From assembly GCF_001194135.2 (NCBI RefSeq), contig NC_068982.1:172144603-172176964 (forward strand): 32,362 nt of DNA. Reading direction: 5' to 3'. Of the stretch, positions 11,045 through 22,330 are shown in pieces. The DNA is from Octopus bimaculoides (Eukaryota). Both the position numbers and the translations under genes were made by a program. Under the pieces are notes generated by a model. That model was given only the letters and a program-made list of their open reading frames with translations. It was not told the DNA's origin and did not search any database. How positions within the stretch are numbered: the stretch's first letter is position 1; each line of letters opens with the position of its first letter.

Positions 11045-11856
11045 GCAACTACAGCAACAAGAAGCGTGAAACAAAAGCTCAGAAATAAACTAGATCTAAC
11101 GCAATGAAAAGGAATAGCAACAAATCCTACAACTTCAAGAACACTTAGCAACAACAATGGGAAGAAGAATAGCTCGACCTACAACACCACCACCACCACC
11201 ACCACCACCGACGATAACAATAACAACAAAGACAAAAATAACAACAACAACAATAGCGGTAGCTTCACCGTTTGGACGATACAGTACATAATTAGCATGC
11301 AGGTAGATTTAGCATCGAAGCGAATGCAGCAGCATGCAGAGAAGAATGTAACCGACAACGGTCACGGTAAATTCCTGGAAGTTATGAATATGTAATTAAA
11401 ATTGTAAACAACTAACAATAGACACACAGACGATACACGCGCCTGCGCATATGTTCGTATGCAAAACCATCGTAGCCACACGCACACCCTCCTCACACAT
11501 ACTCTCATATTTGTGTGTGTGGGTTCGTGTATGCGTATGTGTGCATATATGTGCGTATGTACACTTGTGTTCACGTATATAAACACATACACATATACAT
11601 ATATGTATATGTGTTTGTGTGTGTATGTGTGTGTGTGTATGTGTGTGTGATATTTAAAGTATGTATATCTATATTTATATAGATACACATATAGACATTT
11701 CTAGATATGCATATACTTATACACACACACACACATATATACATGTATATACATGAATCTACATGCATGTACATACGCACTTATATTATCTGCATATGTG
11801 TATGTGTGTGGTTTGTACAGTCACCTTACAAATACTTATGCGTAGGTGTGTGTGTG

Positions 11857-11896
<40 letters not shown>

Positions 11897-12321
11897 NNNN
11901 NNNNNNNNNNNNNNNNNNNNNNNNNNNNNNNNNNNNNNNNNNNNNNNNNNNNNNNNNNNNNNNNNNNNNNNNNNNNNNNNNNNNNNNNNNNNNNNNNNNN
12001 NNNNNNNNNNNNNNNNNNNNNNNNNNNNNNNNNNNNNNNNNNNNNNNNNNNNNNNNNNNNNNNNNNNNNNNNNNNNNNNNNNNNNNNNNNNNNNNNNNNN
12101 NNNNNNNNNNNNNNNNNNNNNNNNNNNNNNNNNNNNNNNNNNNNNNNNNNNNNNNNNNNNNNNNNNNNNNNNNNNNNNNNNNNNNNNNNNNNNNNNNNNN
12201 NNNNNNNNNNNNNNNNNNNNNNNNNNNNNNNNNNNNNNNNNNNNNNNNNNNNNNNNNNNNNNNNNNNNNNNNNNNNNNNNNNNNNNNNNNNNNNNNNNNN
12301 NNNNNNNNNNNNNNNNNNNNN

Positions 12322-12425
12322 CTCAGAACTTTTTGAATTAAAATGTTTGGTGAAATGTATAATTTCAAAGTAGCAAAGCAAGCATTAACAACAATAACCG
12401 CAACAACATCAAGATCAACAACAGC

Positions 12426-12462
<37 letters not shown>

Positions 12463-12632
12463 TCAACAGTATCAATAAACACAAGTACCGACAGCAACAA
12501 CAACAACAACAACAAGAACTATAAAATAACAAGTACAACCACAGAGTGCTGGAACATAAATGTCTTGCATAATGCATACATAATTCCGGATTTATGTATC
12601 ATCATCAGCATCACCACCAACAACACCATCAT

Positions 12633-12674
<42 letters not shown>

Positions 12675-12958
12675 TTCATCANNNNNNNNNNTATATATAT
12701 ATATATATATATCCTTGATGCCTACACAAATACATAACCATGCACACACAGACACACACACACATACACATACACATATACACGTACGTAATCATGGATG
12801 CTTGTGTTTATGTTTATATGTCTAAATGAATGTGAAACGGAAACATATAATGCTCTCAGAACTTTTTGAATTAAAATGTTTGGTGAAATGTATAATTTCA
12901 AAGTAGCAAAGCAAGCATTAACAACAATAACCGCAACAACATCAAGATCAACAACAGC

Positions 12959-12995
<37 letters not shown>

Positions 12996-13171
12996 TCAAC
13001 AGTATCAATAAACACAAGTACCGACAGCAACAACAACAACAACAACAAGAACTATAAAATAACAAGTACAACCACAGAGTGCTGGAACNNNNNNNNNNNN
13101 NNNNTGCATAATGCATACATAATTCCGGATTTATGTATCATCATCAGCATCACCACCAACAACACCATCAT

Positions 13172-13213
<42 letters not shown>

Positions 13214-13214
13214 T
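12322..13214 (+). repeat. Identical 360-bp direct duplication (12322-12681 = 12855-13214), probably an assembly artefact
   Basis: Offset 533 bp, identical including microsatellite lengths. The first copy is bounded by N-gaps on both sides. Confidence 0.85.
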
Positions 13215-13344
13215 TCATCATCATCATCATCATCATTATCATGTTCATCATGTTCATCTTATTTCCATCTTCAGACCAGTAAGTACAATATTAATATAAA
13301 CACCAGTAACACCGTTGCTGTTGATGTTCGTGCTGCAGCTGCTG

Positions 13345-13419
<75 letters not shown>

Positions 13420-13496
13420 TCGCAACAGTTTGCAAATGTCTTCATATTACCATGACTAGAACCATCTACATACTCACACAAAATACCTAGCTCCAG

Positions 13497-13538
<42 letters not shown>

Positions 13539-13989
13539 CTACACGTACATAAACACTCTCTTAGACCAACCTACACAAACACATACGCACACACACTCCG
13601 CATTACACATAAATCTATACCAATACACACACAAACACATCCATAAACACACATGCACACACACATACACACACGCACACGCACACACAGCAGACATACA
13701 TGCAGGCATTAACTTACTACATGAATAACTAAATTCTTACACAAATCCATTCCAATGGAGAAATATAAGCGTTGAGTTTATAAAAGACCTGCTATAGAAT
13801 ATCAGATTGAAATCTTTCTCACTCTTTTACACAATTTGGTCTTACATGCCATTCAACCAAGCCAGCGACGTAACCTTTATCTGCTTGTTCGATATGATAG
13901 AAATAGCAGCCAATGCTCCCCCAGAGTACATCTCAAGGTTTGTTTTTTGAATATAAAGATTGCGAAAGGATATTTTATAATATATAGGT

Positions 13990-14335
13990 CAGGGGTTCAC
14001 ATTTTCTTATCTGTTGGGCCCCTTTGATTACTATTTTATTCTGGTGGACCCCCAGAGCCATTCGATGTTTAAAAACCAGTTTTATAGAAGCTTCTTTCAA
14101 TATTCCTATTTCATTTTTCATACATTAACTTGTGTAGGTTGAACTATGTAAAATGTTAGAGAAAGAAACCCAGCTGTTTCTTGCAATACATACCAATACA
14201 TACCATCTAAATCAAAATTTTATCAGCCGCCTTTAGAATACGATTGTCGATCCCCAATTTACTATTTTATTGCGAGGACCCTAAAAATCTTTTATGGACC
14301 CCTAGAGGCCATATGGCCCCTGTTGCGCACCACTG
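13990..14335. mobile_element. hAT (Charlie-like) non-autonomous DNA transposon / MITE
   Basis: Imperfect TIRs CAGGGGTTCACA... / ...GTTGCGCACCACTG, subterminal repeat TACTATTTTATT at 14029-14040 and 14260-14271, 8-bp flanks ATATAGGT and GTCTAGAT (5/8 identical, nTCTAGAn-like). Confidence 0.6.
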
Positions 14336-14399
14336 GTCTAGATACATATTAACCTTTTGCCTGAGCTGTGTATCACATGTAATACACAGGTCATATTTC

Positions 14400-14710
14400 C
14401 CCTGCGCCCATGTATCGTATATGAAAGATATTACCACACGTTTTTTCAACCACCAGAGTAACTTGAGACTTATGAAAGCGAAGCTTTATGTTACTCAGAA
14501 CCAGTGAAACAAAAGATAAACAAAGTCTGAAAACAAGCGTGGACGTTAAAGACAAGACCTATGAAAATATTTAGGACAGACAAAAGGTTAAACGATGAGT
14601 TGAGACAGAAGGAATGCTTTTGATCAGAAGCTTATTCGATCGGGTTTAACCTTTTATTAAATCAATAACAGCGCCTACTTCTTAACGTTCTGGTTTCAAA
14701 ATCTTGCAGA
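14400..14710 (+). mobile_element. Possible very old Penelope-like GIY-YIG remnant
   Basis: TTRFFNHQSNLRL and later LLLNVLVSKSC loosely resemble the PLE RxxNHxxxF and LLNKRxELxSKC motifs. Many stops and frameshifts. Confidence 0.3.
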
Positions 14711-14783
14711 GTTTGTCTTTGCAGTCTACTCGCCACCCCAACAACATTCACTATTGTGTGTATTGAACAAATTTCAAGCATAT

Positions 14784-15175
14784 AGGTGCAGGCATGACTG
14801 TGTGGTTAAGAAACTCGCTTCGCAATCACGTTGTTTTAGGTTCAGTCTCACTGCGTGGCATATGGAGCAAGTGTCTTCAACTATAGCCCCGGGCCGACCA
14901 ATGACTTGTGAGTGAATTTGGTATACGGAAACTATGTGGAATCCCGTCGTATATACGTATATGTTTGTATTTGAGTTTCGTTTGTTCCATCGCCGTTTGA
15001 CGACCAATACTGCTTTGTTTACGTCCTCGTAACTTAACACTTCGGTAAAAGAGGCTGATAGGACAAGTACCAGACTTTAAAAAATAAGTACTGGGATAGA
15101 TCAGTCCCACAAAACCCTTCAAGACGATGTCCCAACATGGCTGAAGTCCAATGACTGGAGCAAGTTAAAGATAAA
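14784..15175 (+). mobile_element. tRNA-derived SINE, family C (CORE-like body, internal TA-rich tract)
   Basis: TGTGTGGTTAAG A-box-like and GGTTCAGTC B-box-like elements, GCAAGTGTCTTC...CTATAGCC body. Homologous to 25322-25700. Confidence 0.8.
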
Positions 15176-15472
15176 GCAGAAGACATTCATAGATTGATTC
15201 AATCAGATTAACTAGTATCCTAGAAACGTTTAGTTATTGTGTCTATGTGAAGAATCACTGTTAATCTATGGAAACCTCGTGGTCGTTCAAAATGCTCAAA
15301 ATGAGGAGTAGATGGACAGCCGACAACTGATCAAGGGTAGTTCTTTATGTTACTTGTCTTGTTTTCCATTTGCTTCCCTCGTTGTTTGCATACCCAAGTT
15401 TGTCTTCGCATTTCCTGTTGTTTTCGTATTTCATGTTGCTTACGTTTTGTGACGTCTTGTACCCATATATGC

Positions 15473-15538
<66 letters not shown>

Positions 15539-15929
15539 NNNNNNNNNNNNNNNNNNNNNNNNNNNNNNNNNNNNNNNNNNNNNNNNNNNNNNNNNNNNNN
15601 NNNNNNNNNNNNNNNNNNNNNNNNNNNNNNNNNNNNNNNNNNNNNNNNNNNNNNNNNNNNNNNNNNNNNNNNNNNNNNNNNNNATATATATATATATATA
15701 TATATACACATACACACTGGGTAAAGCGGACACTAATCGACAGTAACTATTCTAACAAACTAACAGATCAACACATAAATAGAACACAATAACTAAATTG
15801 GCCTCTACAAGTATAAGAAAAAAAAAACACGTCACACATAGTGGATTATAGGATTTAAATTTTTAGTAATAATTGGCTTCACAAACACATTTTTGAAAAG
15901 CTTCATAAAACACAGTACAAACTAAAAAC

Positions 15930-16240
15930 GGACACGACTAATTTACAACAAATAGACTAAATTTTAAATCCTCCTTATAGGTAACTAACTACAGATTGCA
16001 AGCGTGACAGTCGTAAATTTCATGACTACAACATTCATATTGACCGCGCAAATACGACACTGTTTCGTCAGCTCTCTATGCGTTTACAACAAAAAACAAA
16101 TGCAGTGCATGAAACCACACGATGCCACACACAACCAGACAGGAAAATTGTACAGAATTCTCTTACAAAATAGACGCCTAATGATTGATACAATACTCAT
16201 AGCACAGCACGAAGCTAAGATAGACACTGACAACACAATA
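15930..16240 (+). mobile_element. Possible decayed Penelope-like GIY-YIG remnant
   Basis: NIHIDRANTTLFRQLSMRLQQ...AVHE and, in another frame, RRLMIDTILIAQHEAKID resemble YIGxTxTTLxRRLxxH and LxILEAILIxxxxPxIN. Confidence 0.35.
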
Positions 16241-16799
16241 CTCACAAGCAAAATTAAATGCTTGACTGATGGCATATAGACCTAACAATTGAAATCCATA
16301 TTCCGGTAATAACATCTCAGAAAAAATTTCATTGGCTCTGTCTAGTGTAAGAGCTAGCATCATTCCAGCATCACTTCATCCTAGAGAAGAAACATTAAAC
16401 ATCTAGAAATACCGAAAATAGATTTGTTAACTTTACTACTGTTCCGAACAAACTGCTAGACACTCATACGAAAAACCCACGGAAGAGCTAAAAAGTGCGG
16501 GGGGTTGGGAATTGGATCTCATCATTCTAACAAGGTGTTTAAAGGCCATAAGTGCTGCCTCTTCTTACTTCTTCAAATGATTTTTAAAACGAAACTGATG
16601 GATGCTGATGACGATGGTGATGATGATGATCACAACGACAATGGTTTAACAAACAAAACAAAATTGAAAACCAGCCGATACTTACTGTTGTGTCCAACGC
16701 CTACCGGTTCTACCACAAATATTCTATTTTTGTGTTTATATTTTTAAATTCAATACAGAACATAAGCACACTTTACTGAAGAGCTACGTCTGTTTATTA

Positions 16800-17520
16800 T
16801 TATTGTTATTGCTGTTATTGTTGTTGTTGTTGTTTTTGTTGTTGCTGCTGGTGCTGCTGCTGCATTTGTTGCAGCTGTCTTATTGTTGTTTTTCTTAACT
16901 CTTTCGGTTGATTCGTAGCGGCTGATGATGATGATGATGTGATGTGATGGTGAGGACGGTGGTGACGATGATGATGATGATCGACGCTGACGTTATTAGG
17001 ATTGTATTTTGCTTTCGCTGCTGTTGCTACTAATGATGATGATGATGAGGAGGAGGAGGAGGAGGAGGTAAAATAGGAAACAAAGACCAAAAAGCTATTA
17101 GAAGCTGACTCGTCTGTGAAGACTTGTTGCTGTTGATTTTACTCACGCTGTTACGGTTGGTTGCATAGTTGCTGTTGAGAAAACTTTGTTGTTGTTGTTG
17201 TTGGTGGTGGTGGTGATGGTGATGGCGGTGGTAGAGGTGGTGGTCGTGGTGACAGTGGTAGTGGTGGTGGTGGTGGTGGTGGTGGTGGTTGTTGAAGATA
17301 ACGATGAGAAAGAAACGGAAGCGGGTGAGCAAAACGGTCATGCTGAGGAGGTAGGGAATTTTGGGGGCCGAACGCGGTGATGGTAGAAAAGGTGAATATA
17401 ATGATGATGATGAGGAGGAGGAGGAGGAGGAGGAGGAGGAGGAGGGTGATGATGGAGGTAGTGGTGATGAAGGTGGTGGTAATGATGATGATGACGACGA
17501 TGATGATGATGATGACGGAG
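16800..17520. repeat. Compound triplet-repeat mosaic (GTT, GAT, GAG, GGT)
   Basis: Directly visible. Gives low-complexity ORFs on both strands. Confidence 0.8.
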
Positions 17521-17713
17521 AAGTTTTCGTCATAGATCTTGCGAGATAGCTACAGATATTACATGAAAAGTGAGCGTGATTAGAAACCTCAAGGGGGAGG
17601 ACACCGAAAGAAATCAGTCGAGATTCATTTCACAGCTGTTCACATGGCAGCGGTGTGTCGAGGGATTGAACGTAGATATTGTGTTACCGAGTACCAGACA
17701 GTACGGTTGGCAA

Positions 17714-17748
<35 letters not shown>

Positions 17749-18023
17749 ATGACAGATAAGATTACCTGTTAACTGCCTAGGCAATGAGTCGGTAAACAGT
17801 TACGCCACCAACACCAGCAGCAACAACAACAACAACAACAGGGATTGCGACAACAACAACACGAACAGGAATCAGAACGGCGGCAATGTCATCAAGGAAA
17901 AACTGCCGCAGCTTTCTCGAATACAACGGCAAAGATTCACTTAATATTCATAGAGAAGTACACATTCGCTTATTAATGCATAAAGGTGCCTAGTGAGAGA
18001 CACGGAGAGAGAGAGACAGAGAC

Positions 18024-18068
<45 letters not shown>

Positions 18069-18286
18069 GAGTGTGTGTGTGTGTATGTTTGTGTTTGTGT
18101 GTGTATGTTGTGTGTGTAGTCGTACCTAGGCATTGCTGGCATCCTACGATTTTATACACCTTGATTCTTATGAAACCTCGGAATGAAATTATACAATACA
18201 GTTCTATATTTAAGAGATGAGGAATTATTTACATTATTTACATTATTTACATTTGACGGATATTTCTCCTCATCTTGTTTGTTGTT

Positions 18287-18332
18287 AACACAACGTTTCG
18301 GCTGATATACCCTCCAGCCTTCGTCAGGTGTC
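18287..18332 (-). ncRNA. Minimal type-I hammerhead ribozyme (exact reverse-complement copy)
   Basis: Reverse complement is identical to 18521-18566. Confidence 0.8.
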
Positions 18333-18520
18333 TTGGGGAAATTTCGAACCTGGGTTCTCATTCCTAATGATGTTACTATTATTATTATATTATTATTATT
18401 ACTATTATTAATTCCGAGTTCGATTCACGGCAGCGACCTGATTAATAATAGTAATAATAATAATATAATAATAATAGTAACATCGTTAGGAATGAGAACT
18501 CAGGTTCGAAATTTTCCCAA

Positions 18521-18566
18521 GACACCTGACGAAGGCTGGAGGGTATATCAGCCGAAACGTTGTGTT
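18521..18566 (+). ncRNA. Minimal type-I hammerhead ribozyme
   Basis: Stem I GACAC (18521-25) / GTGTT (18562-66), core CTGACGA (18526-32), extra A, stem II GGCTG/CAGCC, GAAA (18554-57), palindromic ACGU stem III, predicted cleavage after GUU at 18561. Confidence 0.8.
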
Positions 18567-18710
18567 AACAACAAACAAGATGAGGAGAAATATCCGTCAA
18601 ATGTAAATAATGTAAATAATGAAATTATACATACATATATGTGCGTGTGCGTGTGTGTGTGTGTGTTTCTCTCTGTGTATGTGTTTCTCGTGTCTGTGTG
18701 TGTGTGTGTG

Positions 18711-18783
<73 letters not shown>

Positions 18784-19149
18784 ATAGTTGAGAAGTTGTT
18801 AAGAGCCAATACAAATAAAAAATTATGGTTAAAAAAGTATATAAAGTTGGAAACATTGTCTAAAATATACTTTTGTGCCTATTCCAATTTTATTTACATT
18901 TTTTAACTATATATATACACACACACATACACACACATATATATATATAATTATGTCCGTGTGAGTATGTGTGTATGTGTGCGTGTGTGTGTATGTGTGC
19001 GTTTGCATGTGTGTGTGCGTGAGTGTGTGCGTGAGTGTGTGCGTGAGTCTGTGTCTGTGTGCGCGTGCGTGTGTCTCATTCATCTTTTACCTTTCACTTG
19101 CTGTAATCCTTGGACTACAGCTATCAATTAGATATGTATGTATGTATGT

Positions 19150-20100
19150 CATTATTTTGTCCAACCCCATGTATATATTTAAATGATAAACTTCTGGAAA
19201 GTTTTACAGATTTTTTACAGTTCCAGTGATAGATTGGATTTGTAGTCTTCGAATCAGCTTTCTCTTTTCTCGTTTTGAGTTTCCTCATTTCTCAAGATTG
19301 GTATTTAGGCAATGTGTTACATATCCCAGGGGCCCCCAAATTAGAGGTATAAATCTGAACTTGTAATCTGGACAGAGTAACTGCAGATTTCTCAATCGTT
19401 CAGCGTAGGTATCCTCTTTTTCACTGCTCTTCAGTTTTTATGTTAACATCTTCTGGGCAGCTAATTTCCACAACTGTTTCAGGTCAATTGTGTTTACATT
19501 TTATTTAGGTTTGCACTGAGACACTCCACCACTACTGTTTCATTTCTTTATTATGAGTGACTACGTCTTACACCATACTGTAGGTTTTTATTTCTTTGTC
19601 TTCGGGGTTATCCTTTCGACGGATCTCGTTGTACAGTGTCCTAGCTACATCGTTATGTTTCATCGGTAGATAACAACGTGATGACATTTTCCGACCACTG
19701 CTTATGATATAGGTGATATCTTCGGTGTTAACTCCACAACATCTGCATCGGTTGTCACATTTTACTGCTTTCCCTGCATCTCTTTCTCTTTTGTGCATCA
19801 GGTATTTGGTAAAAAGTTTCTATTCCTGGAATGCAAACGCATACTTTTCAAAGTGGGAAGTAGAAATCTGCTTGTTGGTCTATGATACGCTGCTTTGGTG
19901 ATCGATGTTACAATCATTTTGGAGCTTTCTACTAACATATCCATGCATAGTCTTCTGCTCATATAGGCTCATCCTTTCATCTGATGATGCATTGCGGCAG
20001 AGTCGTGCGACTACTTTGGGCATGTATTGAAGGTTATCAGACAAGGAATGTTACTCAAGGAGCTGCTTTCCAAGTCTTATGATGTTATCAGCTTCATGTG
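19150..20100 (-). mobile_element. Decayed R4/NeSL-like RLE-type non-LTR retrotransposon 3' part (linker, CCHC knuckle, endonuclease), second lineage
   Basis: Manual translation, largely one frame with stops: EQKTMHGY...TSHFEKYAFAFQE*KLFTKYLMHKR...CRCCGVNTEDITYIISSG (decayed CCHC)...HNDVAR...*WWSV...KCKHN*PE..VVEISCPEDVN...EKEDTY...FIPLIWGPLGY...LQIQSITGTVK(ICKTF)... Short 3' UTR ends in (CATA)n at 19134-19149. The 5' boundary is approximate. Confidence 0.85.
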
Positions 20101-20159
20101 CGCAAACGTGGTCGAGGGATGCACTTCGGCACTTTGTGGTTAAAAGATGTTACCGAAGA

Positions 20160-20240
20160 TAGGTAGGTAAATAGGTAGGTAGGTAGGTAAATAGGTAGGT
20201 AGGTAGGTAGGTAGGTAGGTAGCTAGCTAGCTAGCTAGGT
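20160..20240. repeat. (TAGG)n/(TAGC)n tetranucleotide repeat
   Basis: Directly visible. Confidence 0.9.
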
Positions 20241-20802
20241 AGATATTAAAATTCAAATATTAAGATTCACCTACATATAGTGACGCACGTACGGTAAAGT
20301 GTATGTGCGTCTGTGTATGCGTTGACACACTCACAGACATGTAAATCCACTTGCGTGCATACATATACTTACAAATATATACGTGCACAACTCACAACAC
20401 ACATATGAGTATATACATATACTCATATTTTGAGTTCTATTTCTCCTGTCTGCATCAACATGCCTATATATATATAGATACAAGTGCACCTACAAGTATG
20501 CATACATACGTGCAGATATACTGACATGCATATAAATGTATCTTTGTATACAAGATACAGATAAGGAAATAATTTATTCTCAAGCGCAGAATAATGCTGA
20601 CAGAACAGTAGGAATAGGATAAAATATCCATATTTTGCGAAAAAAACTTGTCGGCGGCCGCAAAATACGTATATTTTATCCTGTTCCTACTGTTTTGTCA
20701 GCATTATTCTGCGTTTGAAAATAAATTATTTCCTTATCTGTATCTTTCAATACATCTCAGCGCTTCTAAAAGCAAACTTTATTTAACATTTATCGTAATT
20801 TA

Positions 20803-20848
<46 letters not shown>

Positions 20849-20954
20849 AATGTATAAGAAATGTGTATGCACAGCGATTGTGCACGCACGCGCGTGTATG
20901 TGTAAGCAAAACTTTTTTAAAGTTTATCATGTAACAGCGTTTTTGTTACTTAAA

Positions 20955-21810
20955 NNNNNNNNNNNNNNNNNNNNNNNNNNNNNNNNNNNNNNNNNNNNNN
21001 NNNNNNNNNNNNNNNNNNNNNNNNNNNNNNNNNNNNNNNNNNNNNNNNNNNNNNNNNNNNNNNNNNNNNNNNNNNNNNNNNNNNNNNNNNNNNNNNNNNN
21101 NNNNNNNNNNNNNNNNNNNNNNNNNNNNNNNNNNNNNNNNNNNNNNNNNNNNNNNNNNNNNNNNNNNNNNNNNNNNNNNNNNNNNNNNNNNNNNNNNNNN
21201 NNNNNNNNNNNNNNNNNNNNNNNNNNNNNNNNNNNNNNNNNNNNNNNNNNNNNNNNNNNNNNNNNNNNNNNNNNNNNNNNNNNNNNNNNNNNNNNNNNNN
21301 NNNNNNNNNNNNNNNNNNNNNNNNNNNNNNNNNNNNNNNNNNNNNNNNNNNNNNNNNNNNNNNNNNNNNNNNNNNNNNNNNNNNNNNNNNNNNNNNNNNN
21401 NNNNNNNNNNNNNNNNNNNNNNNNNNNNNNNNNNNNNNNNNNNNNNNNNNNNNNNNNNNNNNNNNNNNNNNNNNNNNNNNNNNNNNNNNNNNNNNNNNNN
21501 NNNNNNNNNNNNNNNNNNNNNNNNNNNNNNNNNNNNNNNNNNNNNNNNNNNNNNNNNNNNNNNNNNNNNNNNNNNNNNNNNNNNNNNNNNNNNNNNNNNN
21601 NNNNNNNNNNNNNNNNNNNNNNNNNNNNNNNNNNNNNNNNNNNNNNNNNNNNNNNNNNNNNNNNNNNNNNNNNNNNNNNNNNNNNNNNNNNNNNNNNNNN
21701 NNNNNNNNNNNNNNNNNNNNNNNNNNNNNNNNNNNNNNNNNNNNNNNNNNNNNNNNNNNNNNNNNNNNNNNNNNNNNNNNNNNNNNNNNNNNNNNNNNNN
21801 NNNNNNNNNN
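20955..21810. other. Largest assembly gap. Other N-runs: 869-1133, 4409-4421, 5140-5281, 11897-12321, 12682-12691, 13089-13104, 15539-15683, 23618-23748, 25169-25321, 27973-28343, 29465-29547
   Basis: N characters. Most gaps abut dinucleotide microsatellites. Confidence 0.99.
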
Positions 21811-22029
21811 NAATGGCATTGAAAATTCTGATGATCCTTTACGACTTTACTACTTTTAGAAAAAAGCTTACCTTTTAACAGCCAGGGTCGCCTCAAGCCA
21901 GTAAGAACTGGCCCGATCTGAGAGGTGCTTCCTATTACAGGAAAGCGAATTAAGTTCTTTCAGCATTGTAGTAATACTGAACGGTAAATCTCTTGGATAT
22001 TTCGAAGGAATTTCTAGCAATTAAGAATA

Positions 22030-22030
22030 T

Positions 22031-22095
<65 letters not shown>

Positions 22096-22120
22096 CAATA
22101 ATAATAACAATAATAATAAT
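22030..22120. repeat. (AAT)n microsatellite
   Basis: Directly visible. Confidence 0.95.
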
Positions 22121-22330
22121 TTCTTTTATCGGCCACAAGGGCCAAACACAAAACAAATAAGGACGATACACTACAAGGGACAAGTGGGGTGTTGAATAAT
22201 GCCATGTATAAATCATAATAATAAGAAGAATAATGGATAGTAATACGTAATTTGTATGTTCTTCATCGATTCCCGGAAGAACAAATGGTGAAATTTTATT
22301 CTGGTGTGATTTGAACTCAGAACGTAAAGG
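22121..22330 (-). mobile_element. Decayed SINE family B (tail type 2)
   Basis: TTCTTTTATCGGCCACAAGGGCCAAACA resembles the type-2 tail, and TTTGAACTCAGAACGTAAAG matches the B-box region. Confidence 0.4.

Larger units (their letters stand above)
18196..18617. mobile_element. Penelope-like terminal-repeat insertion arranged as an inverted repeat
   Basis: 14-bp direct repeat AATGAAATTATACA at 18182-18195 and 18618-18631. Arms 18233-18412 and 18441-18620 are reverse complements (3 mismatches in 180 bp). Each carries a CTGACGA...CCGAAACGT hammerhead, as is established for PLE terminal repeats. Confidence 0.8.

Noticed and set aside
15320-15350. CTGATCAAGGG as a third hammerhead core
   Set aside because: G8 is missing and there is no downstream stem II plus GAAA.
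18338-18515. All three arm mismatches (18338/18515, 18353/18500, 18368/18485) are G-U wobbles on the plus strand, as if A-to-I edits were fixed by retrotransposition
   Set aside because: Equally explained by C>T changes (one is at a CpG). With three transitions, a one-sided pattern arises about 1 time in 4 by chance. It needs the family consensus to polarise.
18196-18620. CRISPR-like or prokaryotic regulatory array
   Set aside because: Eukaryotic context, no regularly spaced direct repeats with unique spacers, and no cas genes anywhere in the window.
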